64,000 nt of DNA from Lingula anatina. Taxonomy: Eukaryota > Animalia > Brachiopoda. A program made the translations under genes and the position numbers. The notes below the pieces were generated by a model. That model had not been told where the DNA came from, did not search any database, and saw nothing but the letters and a program-made list of their open reading frames with translations. Location: positions 5,642,001-5,706,000 of the forward strand of contig CM120645.1 of the NCBI GenBank assembly GCA_051362555.1, written 5' to 3'. This document shows, piece by piece, positions 1-13,589 of the stretch. The first letter of the stretch is position 1. The number at the start of each line of letters is the position of its first letter.

Positions 1-1272
1 ACTATTTAAGTGCAGTATAAATACAATTTACTACATCATGAATACTAGTGCAATTAAATCCACTTAACCAGAATATACAGTTTAGAAGGGGTTAAATATG
101 CATGACTTAATACAATTAAATATATAATACGACTATATGGCGTACATTTCTTGAGACCAATATTCAGGCGGTGATCCAAATCTTTTTCCAATTTCCATTA
201 ATTTTTTTTACAAGACAAACACATTAATATACAATTGTACGCTATTTCTACTCATCAGTACATTATTTGCTCTTTGATTATTCCTTCCATCAACACAATC
301 TAACCAAACCTTTTCACTTTGATATACATGTATCTGTTTGTATGCATTTATACTGGAGAAAGAAAGAAAGAAATAGGGGAATTTTATCTACCCTGTGTCC
401 CCTCTAGGTTCAACCAGGCCCTTGTGGAAGGGTCCTGAATCCGGCATTGACTTTATTTTCGGGTGTGTTCGATAAACGAAACTAATTGCATGTATGTATG
501 TAATAACGCCACGGTAAATTCTATCACTATGATGCCTTATGACGTCTGAGTTGTAGTTTAAAATAACCTGATTGTCCGACATAAAATAAGTGCTATCTAA
601 CAACATAATCCTGTCACGCTGCTGGAGTACATTAATAACAGGAAAAGAAAAGAAAAGAAAAATATTAGAGACGTTACATAAGTAATTGTGTTCTCACTTT
701 AGCTAACGTCACTGTGGATCGAAAACTGCAACCACGCAGTTCCAAAATGGAATCATTGCCAAAGAAAGATAGAAATAACCAAGCTATGGAAAAGTGTTAG
801 CAAAATTGATATTTGCTGGGAGGCTTATGGTGACACTTAATTGTAATAAGCATCGTACGCGTGAGGTAATTACGGCAATACATTTTCTGATCAATGACGC
901 GTTGGTTGAGGTTATTTTCATGTCATTTACTACTATTTAAATGCGCACTAAATGCGTTTGAAAATGCTTCAAAGTTAAATTTCTCGTGTCATGTTTGGAT
1001 ATCATGCAACACTTTTTTTCTTAAATTAGACCCTTAATACGCTAAAAAATCCTAAAATACACGATTCATATATTTCCCCCTAAAAGTCAGGATAATGGTA
1101 CTCTAAATTTACCATGTTTTGTTTAAAACTAAGTTATTTGAAACAGTACAAATCCAAGAGCAGGACGGGTCGCTCAGTACTTCTTGAGCAGGAGGAGAAA
1201 ACGCATTTTTTTTCTCCAAAACAGCCGACTGGCAAGAAAACCCCATATAGGACGCCAAATGCTGCCCATTCG

Positions 1273-1757
1273 TTAGGTCGTCTCTGTGTTGTTCACGGCA
1301 GTGTGCAGTGTTGGGTGTCGTCTGCTCCGCAGATATAACACCAGTACGATCACGAATAAAACAAAGAATACGGCGCACAGCGCACCCGGAACGCTCCACG
1401 CCGGCACCATGCTGTCACCCTGCAAAATATGAGTTAGGTTAATGGATCTTATTTAAAACAAAGACGATCAAAACAGGAACGACAGCAAATAGTTGGGTGC
1501 ATTACAGACGCAGTTAATGCCTTCTATTAGTGTAGGCCTAATCACTGACTAATTACACATGTAGGCTATAAATTGTTTTTCAAATAATTACTGATCTAAA
1601 AGCAAATAGTAGCGGACAGAGGGGAATTCAATAGCCAGATTTGAAATGACGAATATTTCATTTTGAACCATTATTATCGATCAGTACATTTGTTACAAAA
1701 AAGAAAAAAAACAGATATGAGTGGTGTAGTACATTATGAATGCGAGAAATATTACGG

Positions 1758-1798
<41 letters not shown>

Positions 1799-4700
1799 AC
1801 CTGGCAGTTGTCCATCTTTGCTGTTATCAAAAGAAAGAAGAGAAAAAATGAATTAGATGCATTATGAACGAAAATATATGTTTTCATTTATTAAATGTCA
1901 CCTTTTCTATACATTCATCGGTTTGGTCATACATTATGTATTATTATCTAAATTCGTAAAAATATAACATCCTCAATTGTCGGTTACAACGATTAGACAC
2001 CAAGGAATACTTGTACAAAAACAAACATTATGACATTAACTCGGATGGTTTACAGTTCATCCCTCCATTAACTTTATTTTCAAATTACTACATAATAGTA
2101 AGTTTCAGTAATTATAATTATCCATAATTCCACTCAGTAGTGAAAAGAAATGGAAATTGTTTTAATATTGTGAACTTGAAATCCAGTGATTAAATAAACC
2201 GTATAGGCAACTAATCGAATAACTAAGATGACACTAGCATTCAGCAAACTATTCTGATATTAGTTTAACTGTCCTACATGCATGCTTTGTCAATTCTTCC
2301 AAGCCTAGAAAGTAGTGATTGGCATATAGACGGGTTGGAACTGTTACGTTATAGACTGTTTTGTTACGTGTACGGACAATCAGGCTTTGAACTTATACCA
2401 ACTGACCATGCCATTGATAAAATGTAGTCTCGATGGTAAAGTATAAAGGGAGGAGAAATTACAGGCCGTTGGTCATAACATGAGAAATAAAGGAGGAAGG
2501 CGAACACATAGAGAGAAGTAACGGAAGAAGATAAGAACATGGGCATTAGCCGGAATTCAGCATCAAACTACTGTAGCATTGAAAGAAAATGTCAGGTACG
2601 GATAAAACAAAGATCGTGTTGAAATAAATGAAAAATAGATGATCTGCCATGGCGTTAAAAGCAGCTGCTTTGTTCAAATGCCAACATGTTTCATTGAAAG
2701 TAACCGTTCTGTCAATACACTTCTAATTGTCCGAATGGGTTTCGTCGATATTTGAAACTATTTGAATTCGCAGCCGTGTGAAAAAAAAACTGTTGTGTAA
2801 CATGTCTAATATGAGACAGTATCAGCTGTATTCGTCAGGTTCTGTCATATATTGCATTCTCAAGTCTCAAGTGGAAATGGAACCAAGACAAATGGTTTGA
2901 TACGGCACTAAAATTAATTTGTGCACATAATTGACATTTATTTCATTTAATTATGAATTAAGTTAATTTAGTTACTTTGGATTATTTTCATTATTTGGAT
3001 CACTTATATTACCTTATGTTTAGTAATGTTCAATAAAGATGAATTTGATTCTATATTGTTTCATTTTTCTTTGTTATATAACAAAACAAAACGCCTTCGG
3101 GATACATAATTGATTTAGGTGTGAAACATTGAGAATGTAGACCGCTATATGAGCACAGGCTCAGTATATACTGGTACAATGAGAGCATACAGACCCCATA
3201 CACTGTATTAAAAATAATATTTAAAAATGGAGGCAGAGAAAGATCAATACTTAGTGTCATAATTGCTTTTACCAAGAAATGAAAATATCCTTTGGAAAGA
3301 GAAGGTTATCCGTTATTATCACGCATTTAGTGCCAATAACAGGAAACCTAACGTCACAGGAAAGATGATTTTTTTAAGTATTAAGTTTTATATAGATCAA
3401 ATCGTGACCGATTTCGAGGTATCTTTACAGAATCGATATGCAATCGATTGCTACATGTACCAACGAGGTGTTGAACAGGCCACATTCTCCGCAGAAGTAA
3501 CTTACATGGGTTTTTTAGTGATTTCTTAATTTCCCAACAGCTCTGATGGAAAAATCAGAAGTATTTTTTGGCATAACAACACTCATTTGCAGGTAAAAAA
3601 TTATCAAATACAAGCCAAAATATTTTCGTACCGTTAGCTGATGAAGGCCCAGGTTGGCCGTAAGCTAACGGTACGAAAATATTTCGGCTTGTGTTTGATA
3701 ATTTTCATTTAAGATCCAACTACCAAGCTAATGAACATTTTTGCTCAACACTCATTTGAATTTTAAAAATCCACCATCACCCACAAACGCCATATTAGCA
3801 CATCTTTGTTTCGCTTTCATTTTGTTCTAGCACGAATGGAGAGCCATAACCAAAGGCTTTTGGAGTCAAAACGGGAATCCGGACGATTCATTTACCCAGA
3901 TACTGCTCCACCTGATCTGTTTCCGCTGGCAACTGTAACTCTTCCTAACCTGCGTTACTTTGAATCGGTGCCTCTCTCTCCCCCCCCCCCCCCCCCCCCC
4001 CACTTTAGAGCAATTTGAGCAAAAAGCAGACAAAACCCAGGGCATGGTTGGAGGAAACGTGCAATCGATAAACCTATGCAAAACATAATATTGCCTGACA
4101 GTAAGTGCACAGTTGTTAAAATTAATCGGATTAATCCAGTAGCAAAAAATGCAGTTTTAGTCATATCAAACAATCATTTTGGCCAGCCACAGATGATCAT
4201 AACAAATATGTAGAATGAATACAGTAGGCCTATAAGTCCCTATTTTTGTCAACATTTCTATTAGCTTGGTATGTATTCAAGCACATGCATTACATTGTCA
4301 TGCCTTTCCCATCACAAGCTTCATGATAACCTAACGTATCTTAAAACGCAGTGGTATACCAAAACGTATCTTAAAACGCTGTGGTACACCAAAACGTATC
4401 TTAAAACGCAGTGGTATACCGAAACGTATCTTAAAACGCAGTGCCAAATACACTCCTTTTACATGCGCTACTTTGGAGTAAAGTTTATTTTCTGCTATAC
4501 GGTAATACTGTTACTTTAAAAATGACGTCACAGTATGTAATAAAAGTGACGTTAAAGAAGCCTACGTCACAAGACAGGTCCTGTTTGGCAAATTAACTGT
4601 AGCTATATAGGACGTCTATAAGTTTTATATTCTCCCAAGCAATTAAACCTTTTCACTCGCGAGCAGTGTTTTAATGCGGGATTTGTCGACAAAGCTAAAG

Positions 4701-7700
4701 TTTGGAGTATGGAAAATAATAGCTTACTTTCAAAGAAATGTCTCGGAGTGTAGAATTTCATATCTCCTTACAAGAGAAAGAAACACTGATAAATGATTAC
4801 CGTAAAATAAACTTCCTATTCCAGATTATCAGAACAATAGCGTCATAACTTATTTATTGTCGTAGTACATGATCTCCAACAGACTTGAATTAGTTATTAG
4901 CAAAAAAAAAAGAAAAAAGAAAAAAAAGCAATTTCGTTCTGTATAGAATGTAAGGTGAAGATTCATTGATCTATATAATTACCAACACATTTTATACTCG
5001 TATAGATAGGATACAAAAGTTGTACTCACTTAAAAAATTGTGTATGAACTTTGTCCAAAAATACAACTGTCTTGCTTTGAGGTTTCTACGAGAGGTAGCT
5101 AAAGAGGGCGTCAGGTCGAAATCCATGTAATGTGCTTCTTTGGAATACCGTCGCCATATTGGAAAACCATTCCCTCGAGGCGTCATGTGTCCCACAGATG
5201 ACGTCATATTAATTGGATTCGGGTTTCTGGAAATACAAAGTACATACCAAATGCCGTATTCACCTTATCTGAATGACGTCAACTGTACACATTATGACAT
5301 CACATTTGTTCAGTTTTGTTCAGTTTTGAATCTTAAAAGATTTCTGAAAGCATATAAAAAGGGCGACTTCGATGCCATGTCATTCACATACACTGCTAAT
5401 GCGTAATGCTTTTTCAAGCAATAGAATCATTACTCATCACACATCTTTTAAGACGTGCTCAGAGCGTCTTTCAAAAAGCAGAAAGTGAATAAAATATATA
5501 GTGAAAATATATAGCGATCAGTCTCCGTATATACGTGAAATGTTAACATGAAAATTGGCATGGTTGACGACAAGGGTGTGAAATAAAATCCAGTGCCAAT
5601 GTTTGATTTTACATTTGTGTTTACTTCTTTTTATTTGTTTGTTTGTTTATTTAGGAGACGTGAGCCCCTAAATTTAAAATGTTCATAAAACAAAGGCATT
5701 ATTTAGCCCATTAACTGATAAAATCAGAAATAAGAAGATTGCTGGCAATAGATTGTAGTTCTTATTGTTGGGATTAAAAAGGTGCTAAAAGGGTGACAGA
5801 CATCAGTTTGAAATCGATATTAAGGTTTTTAAACCAAAACACAAGGTCCAATAATCAAATTCCCTAGGCCTATATATATTTAATCAAGCAGCATTGGCGC
5901 ATAACATGACGCTGACAATATTTTTGTTCCCATTATCTAAGCAAATGAGGGAAAATCCTTACGGATCGAATCCCTTAACACGAATATGACAATTAGCACA
6001 AATAAAGAGCCTTGCACAAAATTAGTAATAGCAAGATAATAATAGAAATTTATAATTAGCAATACTATAAATAAACAATTGAAATATGTTAGGATAAAAA
6101 GAGAGAGTGTATGATTAGAATAACAAAAGACAAATTAACGTCAAGTCTTATTTCTTAGCGATATACCGCTGTTTCAAGATATTCTATGTAGTTACTCTAC
6201 AGGAGACATTATTCTCTTTAACAAGTTTTCCACAAATTCCCTCCCTTTTCTTAAAAAGGATAGTTAGTTAAACGGTCTAGTCGAGCGCGCAGACTGCACG
6301 TTAGCAGGGCTCTCTTGTGTGTTAGTAAGGCTATTAAATTGCCAAACGCAATATGCTGGTGCAGCTTTATCAGACAATCATAACGCACTATGTGAATAGG
6401 TTTTAGTGTTCGATTTAATGAGGCACCTTTGCAAAACAAACCGACCGTTCGTGCGTAAAGTTCAAAGGAATGTTTACGAAAATATTGCTTTGTATGTCAA
6501 CAATAACGTTTTCAGCGTCAAAAGACACAAAACAGATCATTGTTGGGTAATGTGATACATTTGAATCTGAAGTGTTTAATATCTTCGCCAGTTACGCATC
6601 TTTGTAAACATCGGGGTTCATGCAGTTAGTTTAACACGTTTTGTAAACATATTTTAAAGATAAAAAAAACCCTATGTTACCCTGCGTTTGTCTCTTCATT
6701 ATTTTCAAATGGAAATGCAAAACTGGAGTGCAGCACAAAGTGGAAGATGACAAAATTAATCAAGATTTTTTTTTTGAATTGTCAGTTTTTTCGTATCAAA
6801 TTTCTTATGGCGGTCTCTCTTGCGAAAGAAGGAAATTTCTCTCTGCTATGACTGGTTTTAAGTATTTGGCCCACAGTTTAGTTTATTTTATTTTATTTTA
6901 TTTTATTTTTTACCTTTAATATTTGGAGGCATCTGTTCTAAACTGACATGGAATTGGATCAAAATATTTGCTCATTTCTAACAAACTGATCTTTCAAATC
7001 CTTGCATCTGTCTAGCCGCATTTTATTATACATGGTTATTTTAACAAAAATATTTTTTTAACCACACCTCTCTTGTGGGGTCTGGTCGATAAAAACCATG
7101 ATAACTTTACAAATAACTTGTGTTCTCCTGCCAGAAGCCTAGACAGCTTTAGTTAATGATAACAATAATAATGGTTATTTCCCATATTTTCCCATCCACA
7201 ACTATTTATGTAGAAAAATAATGCACCAAAACTGAATGTGATTTCGGTGAAAGATTATGTAGATAACTTGCCCTTTGAAAAACGTTCCATTACACTGTCG
7301 TGCATGATTGTGCTCTATACACACTGATCAATAGCCCACTTACCCTGTCTTGGCAAAGTTCCCCCAGGCTGTCATGATGGCCAAACTCAGTTGTTTTTCA
7401 TCTTCGGAGGGCGGTGTGTCAAATAACGTCTCGTCAAACACGTCCCCGAAAACATAATACAGTTCGTCCATGTGAACTGCATTAGTGTAGCTTGGCCAGT
7501 GAGTAAAGCCGGACTTATGTGACAAGAAATACAAGAACACATCGGTAAAGCGTGCGTATTGGGACGCCGCTTGGAGGCATGAAATCACGAACCCTTGGTC
7601 GGTGAGTGCCGTAAGGACGCCTCGCCACTTCTGGGTTACGTTCGTTGTCTTCGCCTCCGCCCCTAGATATTCAAATTTTACGATTTCTCTTAGATGAGGA

Positions 7701-8851
7701 TTACTTTCCGAGAGCCGATCCAGGTATGTGTCAACGAGTTTGTGGTCAAGATGAAAAAGTTGCTTTTCTAAAGCCAGAACAAAGGCATATTCATCGTTTA
7801 GAACACCAAGCATTATGGGAACGTCGGCGCTTATATTCAATTCTTTATAACTGTCTTTTATAAAGATTCCATCTTGCACAGGGGCCAACGGTTGAAAAAA
7901 GTGTCCATTCACGCCATAATGTTCTTTATAGTCATAGAACGCGTTTAACAGCTGCTCAGAGGTCTTGGATCGCAAGCACGATAGGTACTTGGCGGTGGAG
8001 GGTCCATGGCAGCCAATTCTGGCCGCCATGGCGGTACTGTGCCCGGCTGATACATCAGTTTGCTTACGGGTGAAGGTAAAGGCCGCCGTAATTGGCGGTA
8101 GTACCCCACTTTGTACAATAGCCCTTTGGAATAATCCTCTTGCTGTTCCACTGACCAAAAAGAGAGAAGTGGAAACACCACCGACAGAGTTTCCGAAAAG
8201 TGTGATCAGAGAGGCGTTGCCACCGAATGCTCCAATATTCTCTCGTACCCAGCGTAAAGCTTCAAGCTGATCGAGCAGGAAATAATTCCCCGGGGCCTCC
8301 TCGTCTCCCGTGGAGAACAAACCAAACAGAGACAGGCGGTAGTTGAAGGTAACGACAATCACCCGCTGGTATACAGCCAATATCGACCCATCAAAATTCA
8401 TCCCTGAGCCCCATTCCCAAGCCCCTCCGTGGATGTACACCATGACAGGCAGTAAGTCCTCAGACGGTCCCTTGCGAATAGTTATCCCAGGCACGTAGAT
8501 ATTGAGGGTCAAACAGTCCTCACTCATGGTATTTCTCGGAAAGCGTTTCTCTATATATTTCTTGGGGAAAATTCGATCACGCACTTCCAGGTCCTGGACA
8601 CACATATCACCGAATTCGGAGGCTGAAAGAACGCCATCCCAAGGGTCCATCCGCATCGGGGCTGCAAACCGTAGCTCTCCTATTGGTGGCTTGGCGTAGG
8701 GTATTCCTAGGAAACGCACCAGATCCCCTCTTGGGGACGTAATAACTTGACCCTCGATGTCGCCGTACTTCGTTTTCACTAGCATCAAGGCTTCTCCCAT
8801 GACGGGGACTTGGTACGCGTTCAGTAGCAATAAAGATATTAACAGAGCCAT
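1273..8851 (-). CDS. Type-B carboxylesterase / neuroligin-like type-I membrane protein, paralog 1 (about 623 aa, 4 exons)
   Basis: Exons 8851-7344, 5226-5030, 1820-1801, 1419-1273, all GT/AG and phase-consistent (1872 bp). Signal peptide MALLISLLLLNAY; motifs FLGIPYAKPP, SEDCLTLN, HGGAWEWG, GNSVG (Ser), LNDEY (Glu), AVHMDEL (His), NFAKTG|NPN; last exon encodes the TM segment ALCAVFFVLFVIVLVLYL followed by RSRR. Confidence 0.9.
1761..1795. repeat. (AG)n microsatellite
   Basis: About 17 AG units immediately next to the donor of the 20-bp micro-exon. Confidence 0.95.
3590..3745 (+). mobile_element. Short Penelope-like (PLE) insertion: fold-back hairpin carrying a hammerhead-ribozyme core, 13-bp TSD
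   Basis: CAACACTCATTTG repeated directly at 3577-3589 and 3746-3758; 43-bp inverted arms 3597-3639 / 3663-3705 (2 differences); the hairpin apex reads CTGATGA-A-GGCC-CAGGTT-GGCC-GTAA. Confidence 0.7.
4333..4443. repeat. 30-bp minisatellite, about 3.7 copies
   Basis: Unit AACGTATCTTAAAACGCAGTGGTATACCAA; explains the spurious TYLKTQWY ORF. Confidence 0.95.
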
Positions 8852-10688
8852 TGCGGCAATTCTGTCAGCACAGATATGTCAAATGCGACCTCGGTGTCAT
8901 CCGCGCGCGAAGCGTTTTCTTGTTGGCCGCACACAATCCATTCTTTATCGCAAAACGTGATAACGCTTATAGTGCAACACTAGTAATCTTTGAGTTCACG
9001 CCGCTTCGTATAAATGTCATGAGAAGAATCTGAACGCTTAATGAGCAGAGCAAATCTATGCACAGAACTAGAATGTTGCACCTATAATTATCCCTAAGTG
9101 CCTGATTTTCAACCTAACCTGCTCTTTAAAAAAAACAGAAACTGTGAAATGTTCTTCACAGAAAATGTGAAATGTTATTCACCTGCTTCTATTTTGATTT
9201 TGACGTTGGGTAGACCACCTGTATGCCCTATCTACCTTTGCGTGCGCCGTTCTGAGATTTGTAAAGCGCCGTTGCGAATGGCCAATTTGCACTCCTCGCT
9301 CTCGGGATTCCGCACCTTTGCCACATGCGATGCAATCTCTTTAAATAAGCAGCAGAACGTCATCGTATAGCGCCCTGGAGGCAAGTCAGCCACCACGTCA
9401 CCAAGGTGCAATTGTAAAAGAGGCTCTCAAAGGGAGGGTCACGCTCAGCCCGAGGGGACTCGCGACTTAATTACAGACAGGCGAAATGCATCTGGACACT
9501 AATTGGTGTCCAGATAATTAAACCGCTCACGGGTACAGGCCGATGGCCAGCAGTGGATGGTGCACCTAAAACAACAGCAAATTTCAACCATCGCAATCTA
9601 AATACCGGGATTTCGGTGCAGAAAAACCATTTATTGACGCAATGAGCTTTGCACTTATCTTTTCATGAAGTTAATGCAAAACCTTTTGTCATATATCTCC
9701 CCGGGGTTTGATGCGTTCTAGTTCCATTTTGGTATACCTATTTTTCATGCTTATATAAATATAGCCAAGAAGTGTTAGTCAAATGCTGGAATTGACTGCT
9801 GGCCAGATATACGTTACGGGGTACCAGGTACAGCGAGATCTACCGGAACTTTTGATTTTACGGCCTAGAACAATGTTTCATGGCTAATCTAATGTTTTGT
9901 TCAGAAATGTATATATTTGTCACTGAAAATCTACTGTGGCTGCCGTGCGTAATCTATTATCTTCAATCCAATTCAATTTGCGTGCTGTCTTTGCTTCCGT
10001 ATTAATAACTCAAGTAAAATTAGCAAAATGTAATATTTCAAGTCACTGTAGGCCTAAACACCTTCTTTGCTTCCAAGTATTGCCTTTTCACAATCGTTAA
10101 GGTCATAGAAGGCGAAATACTGACGCAAAACTGTTTTTGGTTGCTCAAGTCTGTAGTCAGCAATCTTAAAGGGGGTTATTTAAAAAAAACTTTTAATTAA
10201 CTTTGTTTTACCTGGTATTTCCAACTTTAATGAAGGCGTAAAACCACGATCATATGTTGTTTCAAAGTGGCCATAATGGCAGTTCTTTTGAACCGACCTC
10301 TTCTCCCTGTCTACTATTTAGTTATTTGAAACCCATGTTGTAAAAAAGTTTTAAACACGGTATATTTAAGTCTTTTAAATGTTTCCAATAACAAATTAAC
10401 TTTATTTTGGTACTGGCCTGGCATTAAAGGACAAACTGTTATAATAATAGAACCATTCATTAATGGATTCATTCGTAGTTATCCCCCACCGCGCATTATA
10501 TCTAGAGGTGCGAGGTTAAAAATAGACTAAACGCTCCTGAAAAATAAATGCGCCTCCTGTTTGATTAACACCAAAGTAATTTGAAAATCCAATGCTCAAC
10601 ACACTTGAATTTGATTAGTTTTGATCGAAAAATCAAAAACAAGTTGTTTCAATGTAAAACAGTTTCATTAGCTATGTTATTGTAATAG

Positions 10689-10820
10689 ACTTGTAAAGAT
10701 TCTTTTGTCTATATAGCTTCTTATATTTATCTGGTCTTACCAGCCAATATTTTGTCTGCTTGCAGTCAGACTTCATCATTCCCTGATGAAGTAGCTATAG
10801 ACAAAGGAATCTTTACAAGT
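10689..10820 (-). mobile_element. Second PLE-like fold-back remnant with a degenerate hammerhead core
   Basis: Outer inverted arms 10689-10718 / 10793-10820; inner ACTTCATCA/TGATGAAGT; the minus strand reads TGATGA-A-GTCTG-ACTGCAAG-CAGAC-AAAA. Confidence 0.55.
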
Positions 10821-13589
10821 GAAAGTCTTTTCAAGTACATGATCATGTTTAAAGCATAAAATGCAGTTAGGACTTCCTATATGATAGGAAATCAATTTCC
10901 TTTATCACATGTCATTATCATCTGTATGTCACGCCATATTCAAAACTGTTGACAATATTTGCTATCTATTAAACCGATTCTGAGTTGTGAGTTTCTAGTG
11001 TTTGAGTCCAACTGCTAGAAGAGATAAAGACTAATGAAGTTCATCTGAAATAAAACTGAACAAAACTTAAAACTGAAATAAAAGATAAAGTAGAATTAAA
11101 AAACGGGTCTATAGATCTAAATTTTCCCACTTTTGGATGGGACGTACCTTGGTTATTGGGAAAATATTGTTAATTTTTTTTTTCTATATTTTATCAAAAT
11201 CAAAATCAAAGTGCCAACGTACCAAGTATGCCTTCCATTTAGCTAACACCAAAAAGGGCAACATTATGGTATTGAAGATAATAGCCAATCAATTAAAGGC
11301 AATAACATTGGAAAGACATCCAATAAGTATCAAAATCTGCTATGATGCACGCATGCAGCGTAAAGCAACCCCATTCCTTTTCGTGGAACCAGGCCTGTGT
11401 CTGTTTTTCCATTAGATCATTTACTGTATGTTTAGTTCCATAACATGCCATTCAAGCAAATAGAGTTTGGTTCTCGGCAGCTTGTAGGTGAAATTTGAAT
11501 TTCGAATTCGACAAAGATAAAGCTGATAATGTTTTTCTATGGAGGCTTAATGACCATTGGGTGTTGTGTTTTTAATACAGCGAACAAAGTTAAATCGTTG
11601 ATACCATATTCGCTATGTTGATTTATCCCGTTCAAGAATATATACCAGACCACGCAGTTCTTTGCTGCGATAATTTAAACATAACATGAAATATTTATTT
11701 GTCCTTTCAAGGGGGCGTTTGATACAGAACGTTACGCCATCGCTTTGGTACATACATGTTCTGCCGCGGTAATACGGAACTGTGACCTGGGGCAGCGGTA
11801 TAAACACAAAACCTAGAAGCATGGCAATGTGCGACGATTGGGGAATCGACAATGCAAACTTTAAAGACATTGCATAATCTATTTCTTCCATTTTATTTGG
11901 ACAAATACGTCATATTTAATCAAGAACGATCAAACACGTACTTGCAACCAGGGACATAAGAAGCGTTCCTCTGTCCTTAATTGGCGCCAACCAAGGTTCA
12001 CTCCATATAAGTGTTAATGTCACTTAAGCTTTGCTCGTCCTCTGGTGATTAATTCTTGTTTCATCGAAAGCGACAGCTAAGAGAGAGATATTATATTTTT
12101 TGACTGGAACTGGAAAGCCCTTCTATTAACGAAGCAAATAGATTACCCTAATCATAAGATAGATCAATGATTAATGACCACGCGTTATGGGGAGTCTCTT
12201 TGTTCTTCTTGTGTACCTTTTGTATTGTAAAGTGTCATAGTAGATTACCTTGGTTTTATCGGGCAACTTCCATCTTGCCACAAAACCCTGGATCGGCAAG
12301 TTGTGATTTTTCTTAATATTGGAATCCAGGAACCTGGTTTGGATCATTAAAGCCCTTGGTGTGAGGCAGTCACATTTAAAAAGGTAGATGCAACAAGGAA
12401 ACAACGCCAATAAAATATTTAAATCCAAAATACTCCGAGGATAAACCCAAAGAATATTTTTGATATTTGTTAGTTCATTCCTTTATTTACGTTGATATGT
12501 TTTAAAGTGCATAAAGTGTGCAACCCATGACTGGAGGGTGTGTGTTTTGAGCCAGTCCGTCGCAACATTGCTTCTTCGTTCCATCGAGAATCAGAAAACA
12601 TGTTGCATTGACATTCTGGATGGCTCAGAATTCTCTGCGAGCAGGTACCCCTCCATAAGCGTCCCGCGGTTCTTTAAAAAAGCAATGCGTTGCAGATGCC
12701 TTCGTGCTGGTTATTGATGCATGCTTTCCAATAAAAAGTACATTAATTTGCCTGCAGGCGACACAACGAAAATGACCAAGATAACCTGATAGTCATTATA
12801 CTCTGTTTGAGTTACAGGTAATTGGTTTCTATGAATGCACAGCTTTTATTTAGATTTGTGAATCAAATCAGAGAATAACGCTTATGGTGATAAGAAACGT
12901 GCAAATGGAATAATAATAATAATTCAATTTAAATTGCAAGAGAAGTCAAAATGAATGTAATAATTATATGTACTTTATATCACAATATATCTCAAATAAT
13001 GTCAGATAGTGGAAAGACAATTGTTTGGCATAAATGCTGGTTGCTGGTATTTTAAAGGTTATATTTATTGAGATTCGAGCACCTGGTTAAGACGTGTGAT
13101 ATAGAGCTTTCCACCTGTCTGTAAAATAGACCAATTGCTTTTAAGCAACTGAGAAATTGGGATACCGAATATACATGTATATATATACTTGGTGAAAATA
13201 CAATGGTGTAAAAAATTAAATCGGAGTAATAAACAACATTAAGTATGACTTAAATACACATAGACTACTTTTAACATCTGGACATCAAGTGAAGGCGACT
13301 TAAGCTTACCATATTGCATGCAGCACATTTTTTCGAAATAAATTCAGAATAGCTCTGCTATAGCTACGATTAATGTTATTCCAGTGAACTTTATGATAAG
13401 AATTCACTTGAACAACAGACTTCAAGTTAAGGAGCAGCCATTATATCATTTAGCTACATGTACATGATGCAGTTTCTTCTTTCCATAATAAATGGACCCT
13501 CTACCAGAGGTCAGCTGGAGGTCAGATGAGTGACGTCATTTCTCAAATTATGTGCACAAATTGTCGCTGTACATGGAATGTGCATGGAA

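Noticed and set aside
388-606. Additional esterase exon or small gene
   Set aside because: Lies beyond the stop codon of paralog 1, has no motif; probably 3' UTR.
4333-4443. 30-bp repeats as a CRISPR-like array or repeat protein
   Set aside because: Head-to-tail with no unique spacers, eukaryotic intron, no cas genes; an ordinary minisatellite.
7645-8960. Short plus-strand ORFs within esterase exon 1 (and similar antisense ORFs in paralog 2, MCM2 and the LINE)
   Set aside because: Shadow frames of real coding exons.
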